From: Epiperipatus broadwayi
Taxonomy: Eukaryota; Animalia; Onychophora
Assembly (NCBI GenBank): GCA_028023455.1
Contig: JAQFVV010000008.1
Coordinates: 18,290,001 to 18,354,000, forward strand
Length of the DNA: 64,000 bases
Reading direction: 5' to 3'
Shown here: one piece after another, positions 13,055 through 26,813 of the stretch
How positions within the stretch are numbered: the first letter of the stretch is position 1
How the letters are laid out: each line of letters opens with the position of its first letter
Made by a program: the position numbers and the translations under genes
The notes under the pieces: model-generated
Database searches by the model: none
Told to the model about the DNA's origin: nothing
The model's input: the letters and a program-made list of their open reading frames with translations, nothing else

Positions 13055-13830
13055 AGATACTTCTTTATATATTTTCTTGTGAATGTGATTGGAATAAGAT
13101 CTATTTTTAAATTTAACTATCATTCTATTTTTTAATGGTATTATCATTTTAATCCTTGAACATACTAAGCTATAATCTATTAACAATCTGCATTTGTAAG
13201 TGCTTGCATAATATGAACTTCTCTTGCATTCTGATTCCTAATTATAATGTACTCTACTAAATGCTTTTACTTTGAATGTGGATGCATCCATCTTCCTTTA
13301 TAGTGATTTTCTGCCTAAACAATGTATTGTGATAGTTAATCCATGTATTGTGCAAAAATTCAATAACAACAGACCATTCGAGTTTGCAGCAGCAATACCA
13401 TTATGATCAAAGTCTCCAAAAAAAGTAAAAAATACTTTTTAATGGCACCAATTTGCAAGAAATAAAAGCTTTCTTTAAGTTTTTTGAATGTAATATTAGA
13501 GCATATATTTTAATAATAAACCAAGCATTGGTGCTATTGTGCAAGACAAGTTTTAACATTATTAGCCTTTCATTGTTATAATGAGGAATTCCAAGAATAT
13601 AAGTTACTAAATTAGACTTTATAGCAAATCCAGCATCACATATTCTTTTACTTAGCCATCCATCTGTTCTATTAAGTTTCTTTTCTCTGAAAGACAAGAT
13701 TTATTAAGAACAACTATATTAATTTTAAATCTTGACAGTCCCTCTGGTATCAGTGCAGTCCTCATTTCTGATCTTGAAGAATTTACATCAAGTACAGTTC
13801 ACTCATTTTATATATCTATATTTAGAAAAA
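13055..13830 (-). mobile_element. Decayed RTE-clade LINE, 5' part (APE endonuclease)
   Basis: Remnants SRSEMRTALIPEGLSRFKINIVVL, NERLIMLKL, ANSNGLLLLNFCTIHGLTIT and DYSLVCSRIKM. Collinear with the RT part on the other side of Gypsy 1. Confidence 0.75.
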
Positions 13831-16618
13831 AAATAGACTTATAATATTTACCTTTATAATACTACTGTCTCCGACTTCACCATTACTACTGATAATATTA
13901 TTATTTCTATCTTTCTAATGAGTAATCATCCACCAGGCATAAAAATCAACCCAGTCTGTATGAGACACCATTTTTAAACTACATTTTTTAGGTTCCTTAC
14001 ACTCACACAGCAAAAGAATCCAAAAAGCAGAATTGCCTAAACCTACAAGTTTTAAAAACTGAAACTCCTGCTTCAAATACAGCTTCAAAGTGACTCATTG
14101 GTGATTGTACTGCCTCAAGAAAAAAATCACAAGCTGAAAACAAAAAATAAAAAAGGGAAATTAAATAAAAACACTGTGCATGTAGTTAAATGATGGAAAT
14201 ATTTTGTAAAAACATACAATTCCATTGTCACAGTTAGTTAGGGAAATGAGCAATGGCATGAGAAGCTCATGATGACTGTGTATTATGCTAATTTAAGTGA
14301 CTGAAATAGGAACAGGGAGATGTTTGTATTGGAAACAATACCTAGTATTTCATAAACCAATATTCTGTTCTACAGGGCAGCAGGGAGTACTCAAGGTCAG
14401 ACAATATTTATCTATTGTTCGCAATTGCCATTTATTTCCAAAAATTATCCCACTATCAGTCAATCTGTTTAGTCCATTAGTAGACTGAGAACAACATTCA
14501 ATATTATGCTGATATTATCCATGTCAGTGTTTGTTTTTTGTTGGTTTTTTATTTTATATATATATAAATCATTATTTAAAAAACTAAATAGTTTAAATTG
14601 GAAAACCAACAGCTAAATCGTTAATCAAAAATTTCATTAAACTTTTATAAACATAAGTGATTTATTCTCTAATATTGAGGTGAGCAAAATCCAATCAATA
14701 TACAACTGACCATTTCTTTAAGTAGTATTAATAATAACAAAATTGTAAATTAATTTTGAAATTTACAAAGGACTTTTTAAAAAACTATCAAATCACTTAT
14801 AAACTCATTACACAAAAAACAGTTTCGATATGTAAACAGCTATCTGATGCTAAATGTCAAGAATACGTTGTTCTATCCTTTCAGCTTTGTTGAATTAAAT
14901 CATGGGCACAAGAAATAAAAAACGATGACCGTCATGAGGATGGACTTTCTTGATTAGATAACTTGAAAAAAAAATATTATTCTTTAAACAGTACTGCTTC
15001 CATCAAATTACTTAGAACTTGGCCATGAAAAATTATATAGTACCCTTTATGGATGAATAAAAATGATTGAGTCAACACAAGCCATTATTAGATTAAAGCT
15101 TCAAAAGTTTATGTATTCCAAAACTGACTAAATTTATCAATTTAAACACTAATGATTTCACTGTTTACCCAGGTAAAAACCCACCTTCAGTAATCTTTCT
15201 TTAGAAGCTTAACAGTTTTTGGGAAGAGGTGCTTCTTCAAAGTTTTACACTTACTACTTTGATATTGTCATAATGCAAGTTATAACAGACAATCAGTTAC
15301 CTTCACCAAAAATTGGTCAGTTTTTATAGGAAAATCAACTACCACAGATACAGCTAAAAATATAAGCCTAAATATTTTGTTATCCAAAAAACTCTACCAT
15401 ATCTTGATGTTATATAAGGTGGATTCATTAACTTTAATGGATACATTCTTAAGTAACATAGAAAAAAAGTTGTCATCTAATGGATGTTCATTTTGAAATA
15501 ACATTAAATGTCCTTTTTTCAATGCATTAATGTGTAGCACATAAAACTGAAAATGATTGATGGCTTTTCAATCAATAAATTCATCACAAGTTTATGCTTC
15601 ATCAAATGCCTGTTACAATCATATTTCCAAAGTCATAAAGGACTATATTTCTATTGTGTTAAACAATCCTAAGTAAAATACTTTCCCACTTATTGATTTA
15701 AAAAAAAAGACAACTTCATTATTGGTCAAGAATCAATTGCTTTAGTAAATAAAATTAACTATCGCTACATCATAAAAAATTCTTTGATATGGAAATAGAC
15801 ATTTTCTGTTTAAACTTTGCATTTAATCTTCTTTATTCATGACTTGACCCTAAACAATATTTGGTGCTCCAATATATAATAGCCTAGCTTAAAACTCTCC
15901 AAATGTTGAAACAATTATAATTGGAAGAGACATTAATTGAGCTATTCATCATCATTACTACTTCAATCTTTATATTCTCTATAGCTATTATCTTTTCCAG
16001 AATTGCTAGTATCTCACTCATTGTACTGCTCTTTATTATATAAACACAAGCTACCCAAGCATTATTTATTATGTTGTAACTATTGCAAATTATTCATGTA
16101 TTCAGTTTATTTTTATTTAAGAACTTCCAAATAAGTACATGATCAGAAGATTGATAAATGATGATCGACATCTCTCAGCTATTTCTCAATTTCTTTGCTT
16201 GCTTCATACTTTCTTACTACTTATTCTTCTTTCATACTTAGCAGAGTTACAATTTAAAAACATCCTAAATACCATGAGTGAAGATCTTGCACTCCAAAAT
16301 AACTCTTGCTGTCAATTTGATTATGCCTGATCAACATCAAAGATTCTGAAGCCTCAATTAATCAACTTATAATCCAAACATCTTAACTTAATTAGACCTG
16401 GCTCTAAAATTCATTTCATCACTTTCTAGAAATTTTTTTTTTTACCCATACTAAGACTTAAACTCTCTCATTTTATAGAAAGGTTCCCTTACTATGATAG
16501 TGCAACTACTTCAAGTTGTTGATAGAACCTTGTTATAATGCTTCAAAAATAAATTTGTTATCAAAGCAAACCAAATAAAACATTTAATAGGATAACATTT
16601 TATTATAGTAATTTAATC

Positions 16619-16922
16619 ATATCACAGAACATTCTCTTTCGGATATGTTACTCAGAATTATTAGTAAATAGACTCATAATGAATTATTTTTAATAAACTT
16701 GCAAATATAATTTTAACTTTTCATTTACCAATGTCAATTTATTCAGTCTGATAAAAAGAAATATCCTTTTTCATATAACATCTAACTGTATATATCGTAA
16801 ATAAATCAATATTGATATCCAAAAAGTTAAAATTATATTTGCAAATTTATTAAAAATGATTCATTATGAGTTAGCTTACAAATAATTGAGTAATATATTC
16901 AAATGAGAATGTTCTGTGATAT
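16619..16922. repeat. Old foldback inverted repeat (arms of about 100 bp)
   Basis: ATATCACAGAACATTCTC... at 16619 pairs with ...GAGAATGTTCTGTGATAT ending 16922. Arms are diverged. Confidence 0.7.
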
Positions 16923-17399
16923 AATTATATTCCTTCATTTTACATATTTAAGCAGTAGTAAAGGTTATTTACATGCTGTTGAAATTAGTAATATTTAATT
17001 TACATTGTAATTACATCCATGAAAGTACAATTTAGTGAAGTTAAAAAATAGTTAAGCTAAACATTGTATTGGGAGCTGATATGATTCCAACAGTCAGGTA
17101 TAAATTATATAATTATTAAGTCTATAATCAGACAATTTGTATTGGAAAGAATATAACCTTTACTTTTTTTCTAATGAGAGCATGCTTATAGTTCCAGAGG
17201 ATCTGAACCAAAAAAAATGAATAAAAACAATTCACTTTCACACTGTGATTAGATGCTAAGCTATACATGTCATTCTACTAAATCAGAAAGCAATAATAAT
17301 TATATAGAAAGCAGAATAAGCTTATTAATGAAGTTTTTTGATAAGCTTGATATCTTCGATATCATCAACTGGGTTTGTTTTTTCCAAATCAATACTTCT

Positions 17400-17700
17400 T
17401 ATTCCACTATATGAATATTTTTTACTAGTTGTAAAAATTGTATTCAATGCTATATTTGGCATCTATTTCTTTTAAAACAGGCAGGGGTATTTCACAGTGC
17501 TATGTTCTTCTTTTAATAGTATGTTAAGCCACCCATTAGAAACCTGGAGACAACCATAGAAGATATTAATCTTTCTCATCTTGAAATTATAACCATATTT
17601 TTTTCATTTTTTGTAAAATCTTCACATATTGATGAAGTTACAAATATTTTAAAAACTTTTTAACAGAATATGGATTTAATATATATATATATATCTTTTT
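17400..17700 (-). mobile_element. Possible pogo/Tigger transposase remnant
   Basis: QVSNGWLNI at about 17520-17545 resembles the F.ASNGWL motif of CENP-B-type HTH domains. The rest is too decayed to read. Confidence 0.3.
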
Positions 17701-20614
17701 ACTTTGGCAACCTCTTTCAAATAGAACAATATTTTTTTCATTATCTTTACTGGAATTCCAAATATCTAAAGTTAGCATTAATCACAATTTAAACAAACTC
17801 AGTTTTGATAAATTACAAAGTGAGACTTCCACACACACACACAACCCCACACACTAGCTTTACTAGCTTAGTAAGATAAATGTTATTGATAGTATTTCCA
17901 TTGATTTGTTGATTTATAGTCATTGGACAATGCATCTCCATAGCTTGATATTAGATAAAATAAATTATACTATATATATATATATGGTAAACATCTAGAT
18001 ATCTGCTGCCATTTAAAAACCTCAAGACTATCAATTCACTACATATTTAGATCTAAACTCTCTGCACCTACCCTTAGAAGCATAGTGTTCATAGTTATTC
18101 TATCATATCCCCATCTCAAACCAATTTCTCTAACCACAATTTAACTATTACTATCACTGCTACATATCAATAGCATTTTCTTTTCTGACTACATCATCAT
18201 TCACTGAACTGCTAAACTCAACTTAAAATCATTAATTCATTTTCTTTAATATTGAATTTTTTAAAATGATCAAATACAACATAATTAAATTTATGAGTAT
18301 ATTGTTATTAAATTGCATATTTATTTTCAAAAAATCTGCACTAGAAGTTGTAGCTCTTAAAATCTTCCAAATAACAAATTTAGTATCAGTAATAGTGAAG
18401 AGTTCTTGCACTCCTTTGAGACATGCAAATAGTAAAAAAAACTGCTAGAATTATATATATATTTTTAACAGATGGAATTTCTTGTTAATATATGTATAAA
18501 CATGTATTTCTTGTGATAAATAGAGTAATATTATTCTACAAATTAAATCTATTTATATAATAGCATATTATAAATATCATTTCGCAAGGATATTAAAAAA
18601 AAATCCATAAAATCCTACAGTTCTTCAGTTATGTAAAGGCATTCATTCAAATTACTGAGAATTCATAACGACCCCCCCCCTTAGTTCTCTTAAATGTTTG
18701 ACTTCCATTCAGAAAATTTGCCGCCAATTTCATAATGTCTTCTTATATTTAATCTAAACTTCAAATCATTGTTTTAATCACTGTTCAACAAAGATTTAAT
18801 CATCCCCACCTTTCATCACTGTTTAGTTTTCAGTGCACAACTACATAAGACCTTGGACTTATTCTCTCCAGCCTCTGCCCTTTAATATATTTTCTCTTAG
18901 TAATCTCAATATAAGTATCCAATAATAAAATAATCCTAATAATATTTTTTAAAAGAATTTTTTATTAACACGTTGGTCAATTTTTGCCATTATAAAATTG
19001 ATGTATCTATAATGAGTTCAAAACTATCAAAAACATTTTCATTGCCCCTTTAAAAAAAAAAAAAAAAAAACTTTTTTAACAATACTTTTTTTTTTTCAAA
19101 ACTTTTTCCTAGAATTTGTTAACAAAGTTTAAAATTAAATTGAATACCCTCTCTTTATTTTTCCATTTTTTTTTTTTTTGTCTTTTAATTTGATACAAAA
19201 AAACAAGTTTACATTTTATTTTTCATGCAAATCGAAACTTCAAAAGTATTTAATTTTCTACCTTTAATTATGGTATATAATAGTTTATGCAGACATTCCC
19301 TTCTAACTATTGCGTTTGCTTAATAAGCTTATCGGCGTCAACAATATTTTTATTGTGATATATACGTAGAACTACTTCGTACATGATTTTTATGGATGAA
19401 AAAAAAAACTTTAGAACTATTGAAAATTATTCTTATGAATAATTTTTGATACAAATACGCATTAAAAATGTGTGTGTGTGTGTGTGTTTTTTTTTTAAAA
19501 TAATAACCTAAATTAAAGATACAATTGTTTATATTTCAAGCCTAGGATATATCAATACTAAAGATGAAATTTTTCCTGGTATAAATATAGCTACTTTTTT
19601 TTTATCTTTCTTATTGCATTGCCAAATCCATATAATATTAATATCATCTATATTCTTTATTACTTTTTACAATCTATTATTGACAATTTTGATTGCCCCA
19701 GCAATCTTCTTCAGAACTTCTACTTATAATATTACTTTTTTTTTTCCTATCTGCATTTATATGTAACTAAAAAAAAAATCTCAACAATTATTAAATAACC
19801 CATTGAGAGACAAAAGCTTTTCCATCAGTTACTCTTAGCAAGCCAGTGAATAAAGCACTTTATTCACCAGGCTTAAATAATTGCTAGATGATGAGGGTTA
19901 GAATAATTTTCCACCCTTATTTATCCCTCTGGCTAAGAATAATTAGATACCCATTTACTGATCAATACTGGATGGTTGTATTGGAAAAAAAAATTACTAA
20001 ACCTGGTTAGAATATAAATAATTTATCCAAGATTATGTGACTTAAATTCAAACGAAAGTCAAAGAGCATGGCAGGCAGACACACTAATACTGCACTATGG
20101 TACTTTTATTAAACTGTAGTCTAAGTACTAACATATGAATACTAAGCATATTTCCATACTTTCTCAATTCTCTCTCCTTTTTATTTTTTACAATATTAAA
20201 TTTGAACCTCTATTCGTTTAAAATATTAGTTTTTTCCATTACTATAGTAATATTCTCCATCACAGAGTTGAAACTAGTGACTTCTTAAACTGTTCACCTT
20301 AAGATACTCTATCAATAAAAACATTTCTAATGTGGTAATAATGATCACAATTTCATTAAGATCAGATTTATGTTATTTTTTATTATTATTTGTATTTAGT
20401 AATTGAGAAATTTCAATCATGAACAAGATAGTACAAGCAAGAGTCTAATAAAAATAAATTATAATCAGTCAGCATAAAAATATATTTCAAAAAACACATT
20501 ATGTTTATATTAAATAAATAAATATTCCTTCTTATAAATTATTTTTAAAAAATATATTTAATAGATTTTAAGGAATTATTTCTATTAATTTTTAATTAAA
20601 GCAACTGTACTTAC

Positions 20615-20767
20615 TTTCCCAAAGGTTGGGTACCACTTTATACACTATATCCTGTAATACACGATCGGAACGAATATAAAGCATTGGCTGAGTTTCGTGG
20701 ATTGTCTTCTTACAATATGGACAAGCCTTACTTCTTTGTAAATGAGTTACAATGCAACTCTTGCAAA
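20615..20767 (-). CDS. PCGF1: PCGF gene, second identified coding exon (153 nt, phase 1-1): (F)[50 protein letters not shown]
   Basis: Acceptor TTGTTTTAG and donor A|GTAAGT. Completes the C3HC4 RING and carries the DRxLQDIVYK signature of PCGF/BMI1/Psc proteins. Confidence 0.92.
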
Positions 20768-20993
20768 CTAAAACAATATAATAAATTAATTGATATTTCT
20801 TTAAAAAAAATTCAAACTGAAAATAAGACAAATTTTCTACTAGGTACTGAACAACAGATATTTATTTTAATTCTAGAGCTACTAATTTGGTATAGTTCAT
20901 AATTTTTCCTGAAATAGCATTATAAAAATGTGAAAATATAAAAGTTTTAAAAACTTAATAAACAAAATTGCAATTTTATAAATCCTTATGTTT

Positions 20994-21770
20994 TAATATT
21001 TAAACATTATTAAGCTGTTGCACATGCGCTTTGAAGATTTTAACTATAAATGAATGAATACTAACACTTCAAACACATGATAAAGTCTTAGGAAAAGATA
21101 GAATGGCCATCTATCTTTTCGAACCCAAACACTTTTGTATGGGCAAATCTTAAGTGTTTGAAAGTGAAAGTGTGAAGATATTAAATAATCACTTTAAATT
21201 ACTATGCTTTCACTTTCAAACACTTAAGATTTGCCCATACAAAAGCGTGAGGGTTTGAAAAGATAGATGGCCATTCTATCTTTTCCAAAGACTTTATCAT
21301 GTGTTTGAAGTGTTAGTATTCATTCATTTATAGTTAAAATCTTCAAAGCGCATGTGCAACAGCTTAATGCTGTTTAAATATTACAGTTTATAAACATCGC
21401 GCTATATAAAAATAAAATGATTTATTTACATACATTTAATTTCAAATAAGAATGATGTATCGTAAATTCTAGTAAATTTCATTAGTGCCTTTCATTCAAG
21501 CATGTAATAGTAATTTAAAGTGATTATTTGATATCTTCACGCTTTCACTTTCAAACACTTAAGATTTGCCCATACAAAAATGTTTGTGTTCGAAAAGATC
21601 GAAAAGATAGATGGCCATTCTATCTTTTCCAAAGACTTTATCATGTGTCTGAAGTGTTAGTATTCATTCATTTATAGTTAAAATCTTCAAAGCACATGTG
21701 CAACAGCTTAATGCTGTTTAAATATTACAGTATATAAACATCACACTATATAAAAATAAAATGATTTATT
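20994..21770 (+). mobile_element. Non-coding element with an inverted arm, a 335-bp partial tandem repeat and a tail (Penelope-type architecture)
   Basis: 20994 to about 21185 is inverted relative to two tandem units (GCTTTCACTTTCAAACAC at about 21206 and 21541). 43-bp tail. 15-bp TSD TAAATCCTTATGTTT at 20979-20993 and 21771-21785. Confidence 0.8.
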
Positions 21771-23801
21771 TAAATCCTTATGTTTGTAAAATAACTATTT
21801 TACAAATGCTTACATGTCTCTGAATTTATTTTTTATGAAGATATGTGTAAGAAAGCAAAAATAAGTTGTTTTTAGACATTATAAAAAGAAAACAAATAAA
21901 TTTTTTAGATTTTCCTTTCTCATTTGATAAAATAAGATAAATTTTATACTAGATATGGCACATATACTTTTTTTAAACTGTAAACTACTATGATAAAAAT
22001 CATTTTTCCTGACAATTATATGATAGACATTACAAAACATGAAAATATAATAGTTTCAAAATTTCAGATGATGAATCTTCAATAAAATTTTATATAAAAC
22101 TAACTGCTAATAAAATCATTTTAGTCATTAAATAATGATCAAAACATGCTACTCAAGGATACTGCACAGCACTATCTAAATAGACTTTCAACAAGAAGCA
22201 GAAGCTATTTCAGAGATATGTCTAAGTTAACTTCTTACATTACTGGAGGAAAATGTTCCTAAATTTTAGATTATTATACAATCAATTTTCAAAATAAAAT
22301 AAACTTATAAAAAATAATATTTCACCATTAAAAATTTAGATGGTTTAAAATAAATTTTTAATATATCTAATGAGAGATCAATTGTCATTGAAATAAATGT
22401 CGTATTATTGGTTGCCAACTGTGTAGAACAGTTCAAAGCTACTGCCTTTACTAATAAATCTATCTTTTAATGACAACATTTAAGCAGACTAAACAACACA
22501 TTCAAACAAATTCACACTGAAATGCTTAAAATTTTATTATATAAATAAAATGATGCTTGTGCACATAAATTTATTATTAAACAAATAAAATGGAGATGCA
22601 ATTTAAACACCAGATTCTGCCATTCGGCCACAGTACTAAATCATACAGAATAAAGTTATTTACTTACAATAAGTTTCAAAGAATCATAATACAGCAAAAA
22701 TTAAAATAATCAAAATTTTCATGAACACATACACACACATATATAAAACAGAAGTGAACATTACTAGAATTATAAAGTGATAGTGTCTGTGCTTAACAGT
22801 AACTGAAGTATAGCTGTCAACAATCTGTCATTAATTTGTTAGTGTCACAATGATCTCAAAATATAAATGAGTAAAATTAATTTCATATTAAGAAAATAAC
22901 TGTTTATTACAAATTATATACAAAAAATTAAGTTAAACTGAATCAATAATATTTGAAAAGAACAGTAAGGTTATACCTTCTCCTACTAGTTTTGCTATTT
23001 ATGACGTACATCATATAACTTCAGTATTAAAAGCATTAATCAATTTAATCACTTTACTCCACAATATGGAGATCTAAGTTCTCTGAAAGTGGTAAACCTT
23101 ATAATTCTTTTCTAATAGTACTAAGCTTCACTTTTTTGCATAGAGCTCAATTTAAAACTTATCACTCAAAGGTGAAGTAAAAACAAGGATTTTATTTCAA
23201 CTATTTATTGTAAACATGAGTCATCAATGAATACCATCTGTTCAAACAAATTTCCAAACTAGATTCTGCATACAAACTTTTATCAATGATTTTTAGTGAA
23301 ATAGACCAATTACCAAAAAATTGCTCAAAGGTTTTTTTTTTTTTTTTTTGGCACTTTTATCTCAATTCCATCAATTACTCAAGTTCACATCACATTAGGT
23401 GGCTCTAAATTTAGAATGATACATAGAATATTATATTTATTGCAAATGTTGAATATAAGCTGAGACAGTCATGTAGTAATTTTGTTTAGTATATATCAAT
23501 TATATCATTTAGCTTCACTAATAGAATTTTTTTTATTACCTTTATTAACTTGTAATGAATCTAAATTGTAACAAAGAAGGATAATTGACAGAAGCATATA
23601 TTTCACATAAAAATGATCAATTTTGAATTGAAGTTATTGCTTTCTTACAACCTCATTAAAAAAAGTTAACTGTATTAAAAAACATTAATTTATTCACAAT
23701 ATCAGCTGAGATTTTACAAGGCAAAACACATTGCTAATCAAAACTGCTTCATTAGTTTGTATTATATTTTGGAAAAAATATTGTTTTAGTAACCATAATT
23801 T

Positions 23802-24527
23802 AATATAGAAATAAAACAAACTAACTCCTTTTTAAAACTTGATTTATTATGACTATAATCATGAAAAAGGAATCCGACGTTTCGACTATTTTTTATAGTC
23901 TTTTTCAAGGCACACTAAAATAAAATATATATACACAATAAATATCACATATTCCAAAAAAAAAAAAAAATTAAATTAATTAAAAATTACAAAATATAAA
24001 ATATATCCATAACCAAAATTTTCTTTTTTTTACCTTATCTCACTCCCCTTACCTATTACAATCACAACTTAAACACAACTAATTCCTTTTTAAAACTTCT
24101 ATATATATCAAATAAAAACTTATATCAAATAAAAACTTTTTAATAAAAAAGTTTTTATTTGATATATATAGAAGTTTTAAAAAGGAATTAGTTGTGTTTA
24201 AGTTGTGATTGTAATAGGTAAGGGGAGTGAGATAAGGTAAAAAAAAGAAAATTTTGGTTATGGATATATTTTATATTTTGTAATTTTTAATTAATTTAAT
24301 TTTTTTTTTTTTTTGGAATATGTGATATTTATTGTGTATATATATTTTATTTTAGTGTGCCTGAAAAAGACTATAAAAAATAGTCGAAACGTCGGATTCC
24401 TTTTTCATGATTATAGTCATAATAAATCAAGTTTTAAAAAGAAGGAGTTAGTTTGTTTTATTTCTATATTAGATATATATGAACTATTTTGAAAAGAAGA
24501 ACTGTGTGTTAAATATATTAAATTATT
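23802..24527 (+). mobile_element. Near-perfect 670-bp palindrome, Penelope pLTR-like, with hammerhead-like motifs
   Basis: 23801-24471 is an inverted repeat centred near 24142. 56-bp tail. 12-bp TSD TAACCATAATTT at 23790-23801 and 24528-24539. Confidence 0.85.
23874..23910 (-). ncRNA. Minimal hammerhead-like motif (non-canonical core)
   Basis: Reads CC-TTGAAAA-A-GACTAT-AAAAA-ATAGTC-GAAAC-GTC-GG, with a perfect stem II, GAAACGUC and a CC/GG stem I. The mirror copy on + at 24360-24395 has one T fewer. Confidence 0.6.
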
Positions 24528-26779
24528 TAACCATAATTTGTATAAATCATAAAGCTAGGATTTGTGACTCCAGAAAAAATTAAAAAAAACCCAGAAACGT
24601 AAGTATAGAAAGATATTGTAAGTTAAAATCAATGAAGAAAGATTGCTGACAAATAAAAGAAACGTGAATAAAAATGCCGGAAAGGCTTCATGGATTTAAG
24701 TATAAAAAAGGTTAGTAATGTTTAATTAGAGCATTAAGCTATTTGAAACTAATTAAACAAAAGAATACAGAGGAAAGATCGGTTTAATCAATATTTGAAA
24801 GACTAATTGTAGATGAAAGGAATGTACACTGATGCAATTAAAAGCTTGATGATAATCTGTGAAAAGATGTATTACTGGGGGGGATAACTGAATGTAAATA
24901 GCTATTTCCTTTTATAATAATTAATACTGAATATTAAACTGTGAAAAGGTATAAATTGTGTGTGCTGAAAAGAGCAGTAGTGTTTTCTTACCCTTCATGT
25001 GATGGTGCTGTTGAGTCATGGAACATTAGGAAAATGGACCCAGAGAAAAAGCTGCTGGAAAAGTTGTAGTGACTTTTCTACTACAAGGGATGTCATCACA
25101 GAGACCGAGTCTCTGTAGATGGAAACAGCTGGATAGGACTTAAATAGACCACACTGGTCTTATTTTTATTTGTGTATGCCCGATAAGGCCTCATGAGAAC
25201 TGTGCAGAGTCAGACTGTGAGTATAAACAATTTTTTAGTTATTTACTCAGATCTAAGAATAATGAAAACAGTGGTTAGTTGTTAACTGTGGGAGGTATTA
25301 GCATTTAGTGGGAAATAATACTCCAATTCTATGACTGGTTTGATCACTTTAGTAAATGCAAAACTTTAGGAATATATATGTGCGGGAATAACTGTTAGGT
25401 GATCAGTTATTAGTAGTCATCGGAATTACTGAAGGCCCAATTGTAAATAATGTGTTATGTACAGAATATTAATATAAATAAATAAGTTTTTCTTTACAAC
25501 TTATAGTCTATAATTTTTGTTATTTTGTTGGCATTCAGATTTGTGGTTGAATATATAACAGTTTGTTATGTAGATTATAAATTATACACTGACATATGGA
25601 CATAATAAAAATTCATTAGTATAAATGCAATGAAAATTCTTGCGCATACTAGGATTTTTAATACAATTTATAATTGGGTGATTATTATTTGTCTTTTACT
25701 TCTCAGCAGCATCTTCAAATAGACTATTTATTTTGTCAAATTGAAGCAGTCCTTCTTCATAAAAAGACTTGGATGTAAGTATTTTTCAGGGTCACCAACA
25801 ATATTTCAAATAAACAGATTTAAGTATGGATACCAAGGCCAGATAAACAATTTATAATTTTTATATGATATATCATAAATATTTTTATTATAGGGATATA
25901 TATTTTATTATTAAATGTGATGTTTTATAAATAATTTACATCACATTGCTGTTTCAATGATAACATTAGAAAATTCATAATTTTTCTTTGTTTTCCTCTA
26001 TATTTAATATAGCTAGTGAATTTAACTAATCTTTGCAATTAAAAAATGAAATAATTTTTAATATACTTTAATTTACTAAAGAATGTTCAGCATTTGAAAT
26101 TGTCACCAGCAGTGTGAAACAAAAACAACTCTAATTATAATTAATGTATTTAGAAAAACATTATAATTTTATCTATTATATAGTATAGTTAGGATATAGT
26201 TTATATCTTATTCCTTCAAAATTACTCCTTTTAATAATGATAATTTTTGAACAAGATTTTTATATATATTGTTTTCACAAAGTATTATGAAATCTTAATA
26301 TTTGTTTTAATTCTTTGTTTTCTAATATTTTTATATGTGTAATTAATTTAAAATGTTTTAAAATCTCTTTTATTTGTACACTACCAGTATCAATGAAAAT
26401 ATTAAAAATTGCATCTAAATTCTTTCAAGGATCCTTTGACATTTCATATGTTAATTCAGAAAATAATCTTTTCTTTTTTATTGTTCATCTTTGAGTAAAA
26501 TTATTTGAAAAACTCACACTGCATACTGTTATTCTATGTGTCATTGTAAGAATTCTTCAAACTACAATCTCAAATTTAATATTTTAATTTTAATATTATT
26601 TATTAAATTAAACCACTAAACATCACATGATCACCATTTCTTATGCTAGCACATAACTGTTATTAAACAGGCAAAACTCTCCATACAGTAGTGCCACCCT
26701 GTGCCAACCAGAGTAATCAATGGATGCCAGAAAGTTTATGCATAAAATCCCCATCTAGTGCCTACTCATCCAATATCCC

Positions 26780-26813
26780 CAGACTAGTTTCTGGCTTGTC
26801 ACCTTCATCAGTG
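26780..26813 (-). ncRNA. Minimal type I hammerhead ribozyme motif
   Basis: Reads CA-CTGATGA-A-GGT-GACAA-GCC-A-GAAAC-TA-GTC-TG. Intact CUGAUGA and GAAAC cores, palindromic ACUAGU stem III, GUC site and CA/UG stem I, with extra A residues flanking stem II. Confidence 0.7.

Noticed and set aside
15200-16400. Very old LINE-like RT remnant on the minus strand
   Set aside because: Only vague motif echoes; I could not reconstruct a diagnostic RT motif.
19840-19876. Small hairpin GTGAATAAAG-CA-CTTTATTCAC
   Set aside because: A single short stem with no TSD or relatives in the window.
21560-21640. Hammerhead in the 335-bp monomer (CTTAAGA...GAAAAGATAGA)
   Set aside because: The core is mismatched, no stem I can form, and the GAAA is simply part of an 11-bp hairpin.
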